From contig JAZNKV010000016.1 of NCBI GenBank assembly GCA_045578765.1, forward strand, positions 26,796 to 90,795: a stretch of DNA of 64,000 nucleotides. The letters run 5' to 3'. This DNA comes from Christensenellaceae bacterium. GTDB lineage: Bacteria > Bacillota > Clostridia > Christensenellales > Borkfalkiaceae. Under the pieces are notes generated by a model that saw only the letters and a list, made by a program, of their open reading frames with translations, made no database searches and was not told where the DNA came from. Position 1 is the stretch's first letter. Each line of letters opens with the position of its first letter. Below are positions 18,840 through 28,313 of the stretch, in pieces. A program made the translations under genes and the position numbers.

Positions 18840-19856
18840 ATGAAAGGTTGGAAAATTATTAAACCTTTAACTCTTAAAGAACAAGAGCTTAAAGATAATA
18901 TCGAAAACAACGCGCTTACCAAAGTAAAGGTTACAAAAGCGCTTATTTCGCTTTCCGACGTTTTGAGATATAACGGTGAATTAGAATCTTACTCTGTTGT
19001 ATTAGGTAGTTCTGGCATTGGCATTGTTAGTGAAACACAAGCAAATCTTTTCGGCCTAGAAAAAGGCAAGCACGTATATATCGAGCCAAGAAGAGAATGT
19101 ACTGAATGTTATAACTGCCAAAGTGGCAACCCTACAAAGTGTTCTAACTTCCAAATTGCGGGCGAAGACTTTGATGGGTTTTTAAGCGATTTTGTTAACG
19201 TTGATGCAGGCAAACTCTTTGCCCTACCCGATAGTGTTCCCGATCTTGAAGCTCTTTTTATAGACCATATTTCACTCGCAATCGAAGTAGTTGATAAACT
19301 CGGCATACAAAAAGGCGATTACGTAGCTATCGTTGGCGCTAATAACTTTGGCAATATTTTGGCTCAACTTCTTATCTACTATCAAGCTGTTCCAATTGTT
19401 GCTACAACCAATGAAGAAGACTATCAAATTGCAAAAAACTCTGGTATTTACTATGTTTTAGGTCCAGATGATAACTGGCAAAAGGAAGTTAACTCAATTA
19501 CTAGCGGGCGCATGACTAATAGTGTTGTGTATATTTCCGACTGTAATATTCCAACCACAAAAGCATTTTCTCTCGCGTCGTTTAACGCCAGCATCGCATT
19601 TACCGGCGTATATCAAAAAAACAACGCAATAAATTTTGCACAAGCTATAAAAAAACAACTTCAAATAATATGTATAAATCACGGTTTTGGAAACACGGCA
19701 ACTAGCATTAATATAATTGCAAATAAAGCAATTAACTTAACCCATTTAAAACTTGATAGTTCAACTTATGACAACGTTCCCATGGCTCTTGACAACATGA
19801 ATAAAACCTTTAATGAAAAAGGCAAAATTTATGAGACAATAGTTGATTTAGTATAA
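18840..19856 (+). CDS. MDR (zinc-type alcohol dehydrogenase-like) superfamily protein with degenerate catalytic-zinc ligands
   Basis: The structural-zinc motif CTECYNCQSGNPTKC is present. The GHE position reads GSSGIG and the glycine motif reads GANNFG. The ATG at 18840 has GGAG 6 nt upstream. Confidence 0.7.
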   Translation: MKGWKIIKPLTLKEQELKDNIENNALTKVKVTKALISLSDVLRYNGELESYSVVLGSSGIGIVSETQANLFGLEKGKHVYIEPRRECTECYNCQSGNPTKCSNFQIAGEDFDGFLSDFVNVDAGKLFALPDSVPDLEALFIDHISLAIEVVDKLGIQKGDYVAIVGANNFGNILAQLLIYYQAVPIVATTNEEDYQIAKNSGIYYVLGPDDNWQKEVNSITSGRMTNSVVYISDCNIPTTKAFSLASFNASIAFTGVYQKNNAINFAQAIKKQLQIICINHGFGNTATSINIIANKAINLTHLKLDSSTYDNVPMALDNMNKTFNEKGKIYETIVDLV

Positions 19857-19879
19857 GAAAATATTTAGTATAAGAAAAG
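19846..19879 (+). repeat. 17-nt tandem duplication spanning the stop codon of the MDR gene
   Basis: atttagtataagaaaat (19846-19862) is followed by atttagtataagaaaag (19863-19879). 16 of 17 positions are identical. Confidence 0.9.
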
Positions 19880-19906
19880 CCCCATAACTTTGGGGCTTTT
19901 ATTTAT
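19875..19906 (+). terminator. terminator of the MDR gene
   Basis: A 10-bp stem, aaaagcccca (19875-19884) with tggggctttt (19891-19900), is followed by atttat. Confidence 0.8.
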
Positions 19907-19930
19907 CCAACGTAATTTAAAAAATATCGC

Positions 19931-19963
19931 TAAAATTAAAAAAGGTCGCTGATTGCGACCTTT
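19931..19963 (-). terminator. terminator closing the priA...rpe operon
   Basis: A 9-bp stem (19941-19949 with 19955-19963) has a 5-nt loop. A T-rich run follows on the minus strand (19931-19940). Confidence 0.75.
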
Positions 19964-20045
19964 ATTTTTCTTTTGTTTTACGACAAAAAACGAGCTTTAA
20001 AAATTTACGAATTATCATTGGCGGTTTAACACAACAAATTCTCAT
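19962..20045 (-). CDS. candidate 27-aa basic Cys-containing micropeptide (MRICCVKPPMIIRKFLKLVFCRKTKEK)
   Basis: I translated this by hand; it is below the cutoff of the ORF track. The ATG at 20045 has GAGG 6 nt upstream (gcGAGGtatattATG). The stop TAA (19962-19964) runs into the terminator stem. It lies 52 nt downstream of rpe. Confidence 0.35.
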   Translation of the reverse strand: MRICCVKPPMIIRKFLKLVFCRKTKEK

Positions 20046-20097
20046 AATATACCTCGCAATATATTATATGCTTAAAGCGCCAAAACTTGTTAAAAAA

Positions 20098-20754
20098 TTA
20101 AATTTCTCTTAATTCTCTAATAATTTTTGCCCTATCTACTTCGTTAAACACAGTGCTTCCTGCAACTATTACGTTTGCACCTGCTTCTTTAACCAAGCCA
20201 ACGTTTTCTTTATTTATTCCGCCATCAATTTCTAAATCTATATCTTTACCCGTCGCGTCAATCATTTCCCTTACTTCTTTGATTTTAGACAATACGTCTG
20301 GAATAAACTTTTGACCACCAAACCCTGGATAAACACTCATTAAAAGAACCATATCGCAAAGTTCAATAACGTCTTTTATTGCACTTGCAGGTGTATCGGG
20401 ATTGATAACAACACCACATTTTACGCCTAAATCTTTAATAGCAAGCAACGTTTCTATAAGTTTTTCTTTACATGCTTCGTAGTGCACTGTAATGATATCA
20501 GCACCGGCTTCAGCAAATTGACGAATATAATTCCACGGATTAACTATCATTAAGTGACAATCAAAAACAGCTTTGCTATACGGCCTAATTTCTTTAACAA
20601 ATTTTGGGCCAAAAGAAATATTTTTAACAAAACTGCCATCCATAATATCAATGTGTAAAAGGTCTGCACCATCGCGAGTAATGTTTGCAATTTCTTCCCC
20701 TGCTCTTGCAAAATCAGCAGATAAAATAGAGGGAGCAATTTTAATTTTAGTCAT
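20098..20754 (-). CDS. rpe: ribulose-phosphate 3-epimerase
   Basis: 218 aa. IAPSILSADF, HIDIMDG, DGGI and typical length. Confidence 0.92.
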   Translation of the reverse strand: MTKIKIAPSILSADFARAGEEIANITRDGADLLHIDIMDGSFVKNISFGPKFVKEIRPYSKAVFDCHLMIVNPWNYIRQFAEAGADIITVHYEACKEKLIETLLAIKDLGVKCGVVINPDTPASAIKDVIELCDMVLLMSVYPGFGGQKFIPDVLSKIKEVREMIDATGKDIDLEIDGGINKENVGLVKEAGANVIVAGSTVFNEVDRAKIIRELREI

Positions 20755-21604
20755 AATTTTTTCTCCTTAATAATAATTCATTGTATATTTCCACGTACCT
20801 AAGGTAACGCTCTTTTGACAAAACACCATCTTCAACTAGTTGCTTGACTTTGCACTGCGGTTCGTTGACGTGCATACATCCACGAAACTTACATAAATGT
20901 GCATGTTCTAAGTATTCAGGGTAGCACTCGGGAAGTTCATCAAGTTCTACCATAGCATCTATTACTGCAAACCCTGGCGAATCAATTATTTTAATGTTAT
21001 CTTTTTCAAAAATTTCCGAGCGCGTAGTCGTATGTTTTCCTCTTGCGATTTTTTCGCTTAATTCGCCTGTTTTTAATTGCATATTAAACAATGCGTTTAC
21101 AAGTGAGGTTTTACCCACGGCGCTTTGTCCAGCAAACACCGAAAGTTTCCCTTTTAGCAGATTTTTTAGTTCGTCAATACCATCTCCCGTTTTTGCTGAA
21201 ACGCAAAGAATTTTAATGCCTAATTTTTCATATTCGTTTAGCATATGTTGGTAAAGTGATACGTCAATATCGGCTTTATTTACAACGATTATCATTTCAA
21301 CGTCTTCTTTAACTGCATTAACGTAAAGCTTGTCAATCAAGTAAAAATCAGGTTTAGGATTGGGTGAAAAAACAGAAACAATATAATCAACGTTTGCAAC
21401 GTTTGGACGAATGAATCTATTTTTTCTTTGTTCTATGCTTTTGATTGCATTATTCTCAATAGTTACGAAGTCACCGACGCACAAATCTTCACCGCGCGAT
21501 TTAATTGCACCACGAGCAACGCATTTTATAAGTTTTTCACCAACTTTCACCCAATACGCGTTAGAAGTGGCCTTATAAATTTGACCTAAAAAATCACCCT
21601 TCAT
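20747..21604 (-). CDS. rsgA: ribosome small-subunit biogenesis GTPase RsgA (CpgA)
   Basis: It has an OB-fold N-terminus, circularly permuted GTPase motifs (VNKADI, GQSAVGKTSL) and a Zn knuckle (CKFRGCMHVNEPQC). The ATG at 21604 gives a canonical N-terminus; the ORF extends to a TTG at 21649. Confidence 0.85.
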   Translation of the reverse strand: MKGDFLGQIYKATSNAYWVKVGEKLIKCVARGAIKSRGEDLCVGDFVTIENNAIKSIEQRKNRFIRPNVANVDYIVSVFSPNPKPDFYLIDKLYVNAVKEDVEMIIVVNKADIDVSLYQHMLNEYEKLGIKILCVSAKTGDGIDELKNLLKGKLSVFAGQSAVGKTSLVNALFNMQLKTGELSEKIARGKHTTTRSEIFEKDNIKIIDSPGFAVIDAMVELDELPECYPEYLEHAHLCKFRGCMHVNEPQCKVKQLVEDGVLSKERYLRYVEIYNELLLRRKNYD

Positions 21605-22643
21605 TTTCTTCAAGATATCTTTGGCGAAGTTGTCCGCAAGCACCGTCAATATCTTCCCCCATTTTTCTTCTAACCGTTACCGAAAGCCCTGCTTTTTCAA
21701 GCACGCCCATAAATCTATAAGCTTTTTTGTCAGTTGTGCTTTTAAGGTTGTTTTCCTTAACTTCATTAAGTCTAATCAAGTTTAGGTGACATGGTCTACC
21801 TTTTAAAAGTCTTATGAGTTCGTTTGCGTGGCGTTCAGTGTCATTCTCGCCGTTAATTAAAACGTACTCGAAAATATATCGTCTGCCCGTTTTTTTAAAA
21901 TAGTTGTGGCAAGCATCTAGTATTTCTTTTATCTTGTACGCCTTCGCTACGGGCATAATTTTTTGCCTTTCATCATCAAAAACAGCGTGTAGTGATACTG
22001 TAAGATTGATTGAAACGTTTTCATTTGCAAGCTCATACATTTTAGGAACAATTCCTGAAGTTGACAAACTGACGTTTCGCTGACTAATATTTATTCCGTT
22101 CTTGTCGGCTACGTTTCTAATAAAATCAAGTGTATTATCATAATTGTCTAGTGGTTCACCACTTCCCATTAAAACTATATTGATAACTTTTCGCTTTTCA
22201 CCTAAACCACCATTTAAAAACTTGTTTGCACAAATTACTTGACCTAATATTTCGCCTGAAGATAAGTTTCTAACTAATCCATTGAGTCCAGAAGCGCAAA
22301 ACGCACAACCCATTCTACAACCTACTTGAGTTGATACACACAACGAATAGCCGTGATTATATTTCATTAATACGCCTTCAATAACGTTTGAATCGTAAAG
22401 CTTATACAAAAATTTTACAGTGCCATCAATAGACTGTAAGTGTTTAATAATGGTTACAGGTTGGGCAATAAATTCACTTTCAAGCTTCTCTCTAAATATT
22501 TTAGATAGATCGGTCATCTGAGAAAATTCTAAGCCCAAATGTAGTGACTTAAAAATCTGCCCTGTTCTATATCCCTTTTCGCCCAGTTCAGTAATTTTGT
22601 TTTTAAGTTGATCAAAGCTAAGATCAAGTAAACAACTTTTCAT
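21594..22643 (-). CDS. rlmN: 23S rRNA/tRNA A2503/A37 C2-methyltransferase RlmN (radical SAM)
   Basis: CRMGCAFCASG (Cx3Cx2C), GEPLDNYDN and a C-terminal GACGQL. Confidence 0.9.
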   Translation of the reverse strand: MKSCLLDLSFDQLKNKITELGEKGYRTGQIFKSLHLGLEFSQMTDLSKIFREKLESEFIAQPVTIIKHLQSIDGTVKFLYKLYDSNVIEGVLMKYNHGYSLCVSTQVGCRMGCAFCASGLNGLVRNLSSGEILGQVICANKFLNGGLGEKRKVINIVLMGSGEPLDNYDNTLDFIRNVADKNGINISQRNVSLSTSGIVPKMYELANENVSINLTVSLHAVFDDERQKIMPVAKAYKIKEILDACHNYFKKTGRRYIFEYVLINGENDTERHANELIRLLKGRPCHLNLIRLNEVKENNLKSTTDKKAYRFMGVLEKAGLSVTVRRKMGEDIDGACGQLRQRYLEENEG

Positions 22644-22644
22644 A

Positions 22645-23889
22645 CTATTTTACTCTTTTTAATTTGGCAACAAAAAAGCCTAATCCACCAGAAATATCTG
22701 GTAAAAACAAATTTGCGCCAAAAACGTTTTCATGCTGTAATTTGCTATTGATTTCGCATAATTCAAAGTCGCTTATGTCACGCATAAAGGCATTAACTAT
22801 CTCTATATTTTCACTATCTAATATTGAACAAGTAGAATAATATAAGTATCCGCCTATCTTTACATAACGCGAAACGTTTTTAAGAATAGAAAACTGCTCT
22901 TTATTGAGTGAATTTAGGTCGCTAAAATCTTTTTTTAGTTTCATATCTGGGTTATCGCTTATTACCCCTGACCCGCTACACGGCGCATCACAAAGCACAG
23001 CGTCAAAACAGTTTTCAAATTCACTTAAAAAGATTTTAGAATCACATACGCTTTCATAAACATTGCTCACGTGCATTCGGTGTTTATATTCTCTAATAAG
23101 TTCAACTCTATGCGGGTGAATATCCCAGCTTGTAACCTTTTTACACTTATGCGCAAGCCTTATGCTTTTACCCCCAGGCGCTGAACAACAATCAAGTAAG
23201 TTATCACACGGCTCAACAACGTCACAAATAGCAACCGAACCAAGCGCTTGATATGTATACAATCCCTTATCGTAATCTGCGTTTCTTATAAAGTTTTTGG
23301 CTAAATACACGTTATCAAAAGGTGTTAAAGAATATTCCACCCCTGCGTTATCCAAATACTCTTTACCGTTGACGTTGTAAAAAGATAAACACGTGCCGAT
23401 ATTTTGTGCGCTTATAATAATTTCCGCACGTTCAAAACCATACTTTTTTACAAGTTCAACTGCAATAAATTTAGGGCACGAATATTGTACTGAAAGTTTT
23501 TCTATTTTTTCAGTAGGAAGTTCAATTTTTGTATTTATAAACTTTCTTAAAAATGCGTTTACAAACCCGCTCGCTCCTGCTTTGCCAAGTTTTTTAACAA
23601 GTTCAACTGCATTTTTTGTTACCGCATACTCTTTTTTATCTAAATACTTGATAGCATACATTGAAATCTTAAGTATTGTGCGAATTGTAAGTTTTGGTGA
23701 CTTTGGCGCAATTTTTGTTAAATAATATGAAAGTTCAATATCTTTATCAAGCACACCGTAAACAGTTTTAACTATTAAGGCGCGGTTTTTTTCTTCAATT
23801 AACGTTGAATTTATTGCTTGTTTAACGTAAGCGCCGTCGCTATATACCTTGTGAAGTATTGAGTAACAATCGTAAAAATAATTTATCAT
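22645..23889 (-). CDS. rsmB: 16S rRNA (cytosine967-C5)-methyltransferase RsmB
   Basis: It has a NusB-like N-terminus plus DCCSAPGGKS and DAPCSGSG motifs. The ATG at 23889 overlaps the fmt stop (TAATG). Confidence 0.85.
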   Translation of the reverse strand: MINYFYDCYSILHKVYSDGAYVKQAINSTLIEEKNRALIVKTVYGVLDKDIELSYYLTKIAPKSPKLTIRTILKISMYAIKYLDKKEYAVTKNAVELVKKLGKAGASGFVNAFLRKFINTKIELPTEKIEKLSVQYSCPKFIAVELVKKYGFERAEIIISAQNIGTCLSFYNVNGKEYLDNAGVEYSLTPFDNVYLAKNFIRNADYDKGLYTYQALGSVAICDVVEPCDNLLDCCSAPGGKSIRLAHKCKKVTSWDIHPHRVELIREYKHRMHVSNVYESVCDSKIFLSEFENCFDAVLCDAPCSGSGVISDNPDMKLKKDFSDLNSLNKEQFSILKNVSRYVKIGGYLYYSTCSILDSENIEIVNAFMRDISDFELCEINSKLQHENVFGANLFLPDISGGLGFFVAKLKRVK

Positions 23890-24806
23890 TAGCAAAAATC
23901 TCCGCCAACGTCAAATTTATTCCCTCTTAAAAAGTCGGCTATGTTCATTGGTTTGCCCCCTGCTTTTTGCACGTTAAGCAGTGAAACAGCTTTATCCTTA
24001 CATGCAACAATAAGCTCATTATCACACTTAAGCACCTTTCCACACTCACCACTCATATCAACAACTTTTGCTTTGTAAATTTTGAACGGATTACCGCCAA
24101 GCATACAAAACGCAACGGGTGCAGGATTAAAAGCACGTATTTTATTCACAATATTTTCAGCGCTGTCGTTCCAATCAATTTTCGCTAATTCTTTAGTAAT
24201 TATTTTGCTAAAGGTTGCCTTATCGGCATCCTGTTTAATAAATTTTGCACTTTTATCAAGGATTGAAGGCATTGTCTTAACTATAAGTTCTGCACCGACT
24301 GTAGCAAGCTTTTCAAAAAGTTCGCCACAAGTTTCTTGTTCTAAAATTTCAACTTCTTGCGAACTAATAATATCGCCCGTATCAATACCGATATCCGTTT
24401 TCATTATAGTAACGCCCGTTTTCTTTTCACCGTTTAATATTGCGTAATGTATGGGCGATGCACCTCGATATTTTGGCAAAATTGAAGCGTGAATATTTAT
24501 AACACCAAGTGGAGCAATATCAATTATTTCTTGCGATAAAATTTGCCCAAACGCACAAGTAATCATAACGTCTGGTCTTAAAGATTTCAAATCTTCAACG
24601 CCTTCAAGTTTAATTTTATCATATTGATAAACGGGTATGTTGTTTTCAAGCGCAACAAGTTTAACCGGTGGTGGTGTTAAAACTTGCTTTCTACCAACCG
24701 GTTTGTCTTTATTAGTTACAACAGCAACAACGTTATAACCGTTTTCTATTAGTTTTTTAAGCGGTAACACCGCAAAATCGGGTGTGCCGAGATAAACTAT
24801 TCTCAA
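23889..24806 (-). CDS. fmt: methionyl-tRNA formyltransferase
   Basis: MRIVYLGTPDFAV..., INIHASILPKYRGASPI. Confidence 0.92.
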   Translation of the reverse strand: MRIVYLGTPDFAVLPLKKLIENGYNVVAVVTNKDKPVGRKQVLTPPPVKLVALENNIPVYQYDKIKLEGVEDLKSLRPDVMITCAFGQILSQEIIDIAPLGVINIHASILPKYRGASPIHYAILNGEKKTGVTIMKTDIGIDTGDIISSQEVEILEQETCGELFEKLATVGAELIVKTMPSILDKSAKFIKQDADKATFSKIITKELAKIDWNDSAENIVNKIRAFNPAPVAFCMLGGNPFKIYKAKVVDMSGECGKVLKCDNELIVACKDKAVSLLNVQKAGGKPMNIADFLRGNKFDVGGDFC

Positions 24807-25261
24807 CCTTCTTCCTCCTGAAGATTATATGCCTTATCAACGTATATAACGCCGTTCAAGTGGTCGTTTTCATGGCAAAATGCACGTGCTAAGAAACCTT
24901 GCGCCTTTACAGTGAAAGGCTTACCATATCTATCAAACGCTTTGACCGTAACCTTGTTAGGGCGCTCAACCGTGCCATACTTTCCTTTTACAGATAAACA
25001 GCCTTCATCACCTATTTGTTTGCCACTTTCACTAATTATTTCAGGGTTGATGCACTCATAATATTGATTTTCAGCCATAACTATGAACACCCTTCTTAAC
25101 ACCCCAACTTGCGGGGCGGCAAGACCTGCGCCTTGCGCTTTGATGAGCGTATCTTTCATGTCATCTAAAAGCTGATGAGTTTTTTCGCCAAAGTCAGTTA
25201 CTGGAAAGCTTTTTTTTCTAAGCGTCGGGTCGCCAAGTTGAATTATATTTCTAATTGCCAT
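24803..25261 (-). CDS. def: peptide deformylase
   Basis: Motifs GAGLAAPQVG, EGCLS and HENDHLNG. Confidence 0.92.
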   Translation of the reverse strand: MAIRNIIQLGDPTLRKKSFPVTDFGEKTHQLLDDMKDTLIKAQGAGLAAPQVGVLRRVFIVMAENQYYECINPEIISESGKQIGDEGCLSVKGKYGTVERPNKVTVKAFDRYGKPFTVKAQGFLARAFCHENDHLNGVIYVDKAYNLQEEEG

Positions 25262-25271
25262 TACATCCTCT

Positions 25272-27470
25272 TTATACTAAGTTATTTGTATTTATTTCAA
25301 AAGAAACGTTTACGCTTCTGTTATTGTATTTGTCTACGGTAAAGAAAATTTTATCCAACAAATCTTTATCGTTTGCGTCAACACGCATTAACACTTGATA
25401 TCTAAATTTGCTTTGTAGTTTTTTAATTGGCGCTTTCATGCAACCAAAGAACTTGAATTTTTCCCTTTCGCATTGGTAAATCAAGTCAAGTTCCCCGTGA
25501 ATAGCTTTTACAGCATCAAGTGCTTTTTCATCATCAGCGCTACTCACTAAAACACGCAAAACGTCGGTATACGGCGGGAAAGCCGTTGCTTTTCTAATTG
25601 ATATTTCTTGATTAAAAAAGCCTTTATAGTCATAGTTTATCGCTTGTCTTAAAACGATATTTTCGGGCGAATAGGTTTGCAAAATTACTTTACCAGCTTG
25701 ATTTGCTCTACCACTTCTGCCAGCAACTTGCGTTAATAGCTGGAAGGTTCTTTCACTACTTCTGTAATCAGAAAAATGCAAACTCATATCCGCATCAAGT
25801 ATACCCACAAGCGTAACAAACGGAAAATCGTGACCCTTTGCTATCATTTGTGTTCCAACTAAAATATCCGCTTCCCGTGCCGAAAATTGGTTAAGTATTT
25901 TAAAGTGACCTTCTTTATTTTGAGTGGTATCTCTATCCATTCTTAAAATTTTAGCGCTTGGAAAAAGTTTTTTAAGTTCATAAACAACCCTTTCCGTTCC
26001 CGTTCCGCCATAACGGATATACGGGCTACCACACTCTGTGCACGCCTCAATCATTTTATACTTTGCGCCACAATAATGACAAAGCAACGACTCATCTTCT
26101 TTGTGGTAACAGAGCGATACGTCACAAGAAGAACACTTTTGAACGTGCCCACATTCCGTACAAATAACCGTTTTAGAGTAACCACGTTGATTTAAGAAAA
26201 TTATTGCTTGATTGCCTTTATCCAAACAATCTTTTAACTCATCTTTTAATGCCGAAGAAAAGGGAGAATTGTTGCCACGCATAACTTCCTTTCTCATATC
26301 GGCAACCTCTACTTCAGGCAAAGGTTTTTTATTAACTCTATCGGGTAATTCTATTAAATTATACTCGTTTTCTAAAGCTTTTTTATAACTTTCGATTGAC
26401 GGCGTTGCACTACCTAAAATTAGTTTAGCATTATTAAATTCAGCCCTAAACTTAGCCACTTCAACCGTCGAATATCTAGGCGAAGATTCGCTAGTGTAAC
26501 TACCGTCATGCTCTTCGTCAATAATAATTAAACCAACGTTTTCTATAGGCGCGAAAATAGCACTCCTTGCACCAATAACAATGTTAGCCTCTCCATTACG
26601 AAGTCTCCACCATTCATCAAAGCGCTCACCCGCAGAAAGCCCACTATGTAGGATTGCCGCGCTATCGCCAAACCTTGCGCGAAGCTGCTTGAGCATTTGT
26701 GGTGTAAGGGCAATTTCAGGAACAAGCATAATTGCCGTTTTGCCACTATTTATCGTCTTATTTATTAAATTCAAATAAACTTCGGTCTTTCCGCTACCAG
26801 TAACACCGAATAATAAACTAACAGTTTTATCTGTTTCTAAAACACTTTGCACGGCTTCAGTTTGCTTTTCGGTTAGTGTAATTTGCTTGTTTTCCACGTC
26901 CAGCGCCCTATATGGTGAACGGAAAAATTTCTCTTGACTGATTGACGCAAACCCTTTATCAACAATAGAGTTCACAGCATTAGCCCCAAATTTCTCAGCT
27001 AACGTTGTAAACTTTGTTTTGCCGTTTTGGTTTAGATATTCAAGGCACTCTTTTTGTTTTATTGCATTTTTCTTTAATGAAGAAAGAGCATCATAAACGT
27101 TACAGTTGTTATGTAATTGAACAAATCTAACGAATTGCTCTTTTACCTTTCCCTTTCTCATTTCCGAGGGCAAAAACAATCTAAGCGCTGCCGCACGAGT
27201 AACGTAACAAGTATCACAAACAAAATCCATTAACTTGAGAGTTTCTTTTGTTAATGCTGGCGTTTGCTCTAGAACCTTAAAAATAGGCTTAATTTTATCA
27301 GGGTCAAAGTCGCTTACGTCACTTAATCCAATAACGATACCTTCTATAAACTTTTTACCGAACGGCACAACGACGCGACTGCCAAGCGAAACCTTGCAGT
27401 CTAAAACAGAATACTCAAATATTTTATCAACTTCGGTGTTGTTTATATCTATTATTACCTGTGCGTACAT
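25272..27470 (-). CDS. priA: primosomal replication-restart helicase PriA
   Basis: Walker A GVTGSGKT, a DEEH box (IIDEEHD), and a Cys-rich Zn region (CTECGHVQKCSSCDVSLCYH...CHYCG). Confidence 0.92.
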   Translation of the reverse strand: MYAQVIIDINNTEVDKIFEYSVLDCKVSLGSRVVVPFGKKFIEGIVIGLSDVSDFDPDKIKPIFKVLEQTPALTKETLKLMDFVCDTCYVTRAAALRLFLPSEMRKGKVKEQFVRFVQLHNNCNVYDALSSLKKNAIKQKECLEYLNQNGKTKFTTLAEKFGANAVNSIVDKGFASISQEKFFRSPYRALDVENKQITLTEKQTEAVQSVLETDKTVSLLFGVTGSGKTEVYLNLINKTINSGKTAIMLVPEIALTPQMLKQLRARFGDSAAILHSGLSAGERFDEWWRLRNGEANIVIGARSAIFAPIENVGLIIIDEEHDGSYTSESSPRYSTVEVAKFRAEFNNAKLILGSATPSIESYKKALENEYNLIELPDRVNKKPLPEVEVADMRKEVMRGNNSPFSSALKDELKDCLDKGNQAIIFLNQRGYSKTVICTECGHVQKCSSCDVSLCYHKEDESLLCHYCGAKYKMIEACTECGSPYIRYGGTGTERVVYELKKLFPSAKILRMDRDTTQNKEGHFKILNQFSAREADILVGTQMIAKGHDFPFVTLVGILDADMSLHFSDYRSSERTFQLLTQVAGRSGRANQAGKVILQTYSPENIVLRQAINYDYKGFFNQEISIRKATAFPPYTDVLRVLVSSADDEKALDAVKAIHGELDLIYQCEREKFKFFGCMKAPIKKLQSKFRYQVLMRVDANDKDLLDKIFFTVDKYNNRSVNVSFEINTNNLV

Positions 27471-27480
27471 CTTACCCTAA

Positions 27481-27515
27481 AACAAAATATGTTCACCACA
27501 AAGATGAACACATTT
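27481..27515 (-). terminator. hairpin/terminator between rpoZ and priA
   Basis: tgttca (27490-27495) pairs with tgaaca (27504-27509), extended by A/T pairs. tattttgtttt follows on the minus strand. Confidence 0.5.
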
Positions 27516-27524
27516 TAAGCATTA

Positions 27525-27728
27525 TTAGTCGTCGTTTGCAATAAGTTTACCGTCGTAAATTTCTTGCGCTGCAACAGACAAAGGTTTTTCTTTGCTGGGA
27601 AGTTCAGTATAACCTTGGTTTTGCGCTTGCTCCATAAGTTGTCTTGCGCGTTTACTTGTTACTATGCAAAGTTCGTATTTTGAGCCAATCTTGTTTGCCA
27701 ATTCATCAATAGGCGGTTTATGTATCAT
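27525..27728 (-). CDS. rpoZ: DNA-directed RNA polymerase subunit omega
   Basis: 67 aa, KYELCIVTSKRARQL, positioned after gmk. Confidence 0.85.
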   Translation of the reverse strand: MIHKPPIDELANKIGSKYELCIVTSKRARQLMEQAQNQGYTELPSKEKPLSVAAQEIYDGKLIANDD

Positions 27729-27749
27729 ATTTTTTTCTCCTTTTGGGAA

Positions 27750-28313
27750 TTATTCCAATTTGTTTTTTTCTTGTTTAATTATTTGCTCAACGTCGCTTAA
27801 TGCCTTATCTAAATCGTCATTGATAACAGCATAGTCGTAAAACGACTGTTTTTCTAATTCATATTCAATCCTACTCATGCGAAGATTTATCTTTTCTATA
27901 GACTCGGTACTACGCTTAAGTAATCTGTTTCTAATTTCTTCCTTTGACGGCGGAGTTATCATTATAAGCACCGCTGATGGATAGCTTTTTTTAACTTCTA
28001 ACCCACCGTTAACATCAATTTCCAACAAAACATCACTCTTTTCCAACTTTCTAAGAACAAAATCTTTTGGTGTTCCGTAATAATTATCAAAATGTTCCGA
28101 ATATTCTAAAAAACCACCGTTTTCAATTTTGTCCTTAAATTCATCTTTGTTTATAAAAAAGTATTCTCTTCCGTTTTCTTCGCAAGTTCTTGGTGCTCTA
28201 GTAGTGCAAGAAATGCTAAGTGAAATATTTTTGTTCCTTTCAACAAGCAAATTTGCTATCGTACCTTTACCTACGCCAGACGGACCGGAAAGCACTATCA
28301 AAACGTTTCTCAT
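27750..28313 (-). CDS. gmk: guanylate kinase
   Basis: P-loop GPSGVGKGT, TTRAPR and EYSEHFDNYYGT. Confidence 0.92.
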   Translation of the reverse strand: MRNVLIVLSGPSGVGKGTIANLLVERNKNISLSISCTTRAPRTCEENGREYFFINKDEFKDKIENGGFLEYSEHFDNYYGTPKDFVLRKLEKSDVLLEIDVNGGLEVKKSYPSAVLIMITPPSKEEIRNRLLKRSTESIEKINLRMSRIEYELEKQSFYDYAVINDDLDKALSDVEQIIKQEKNKLE

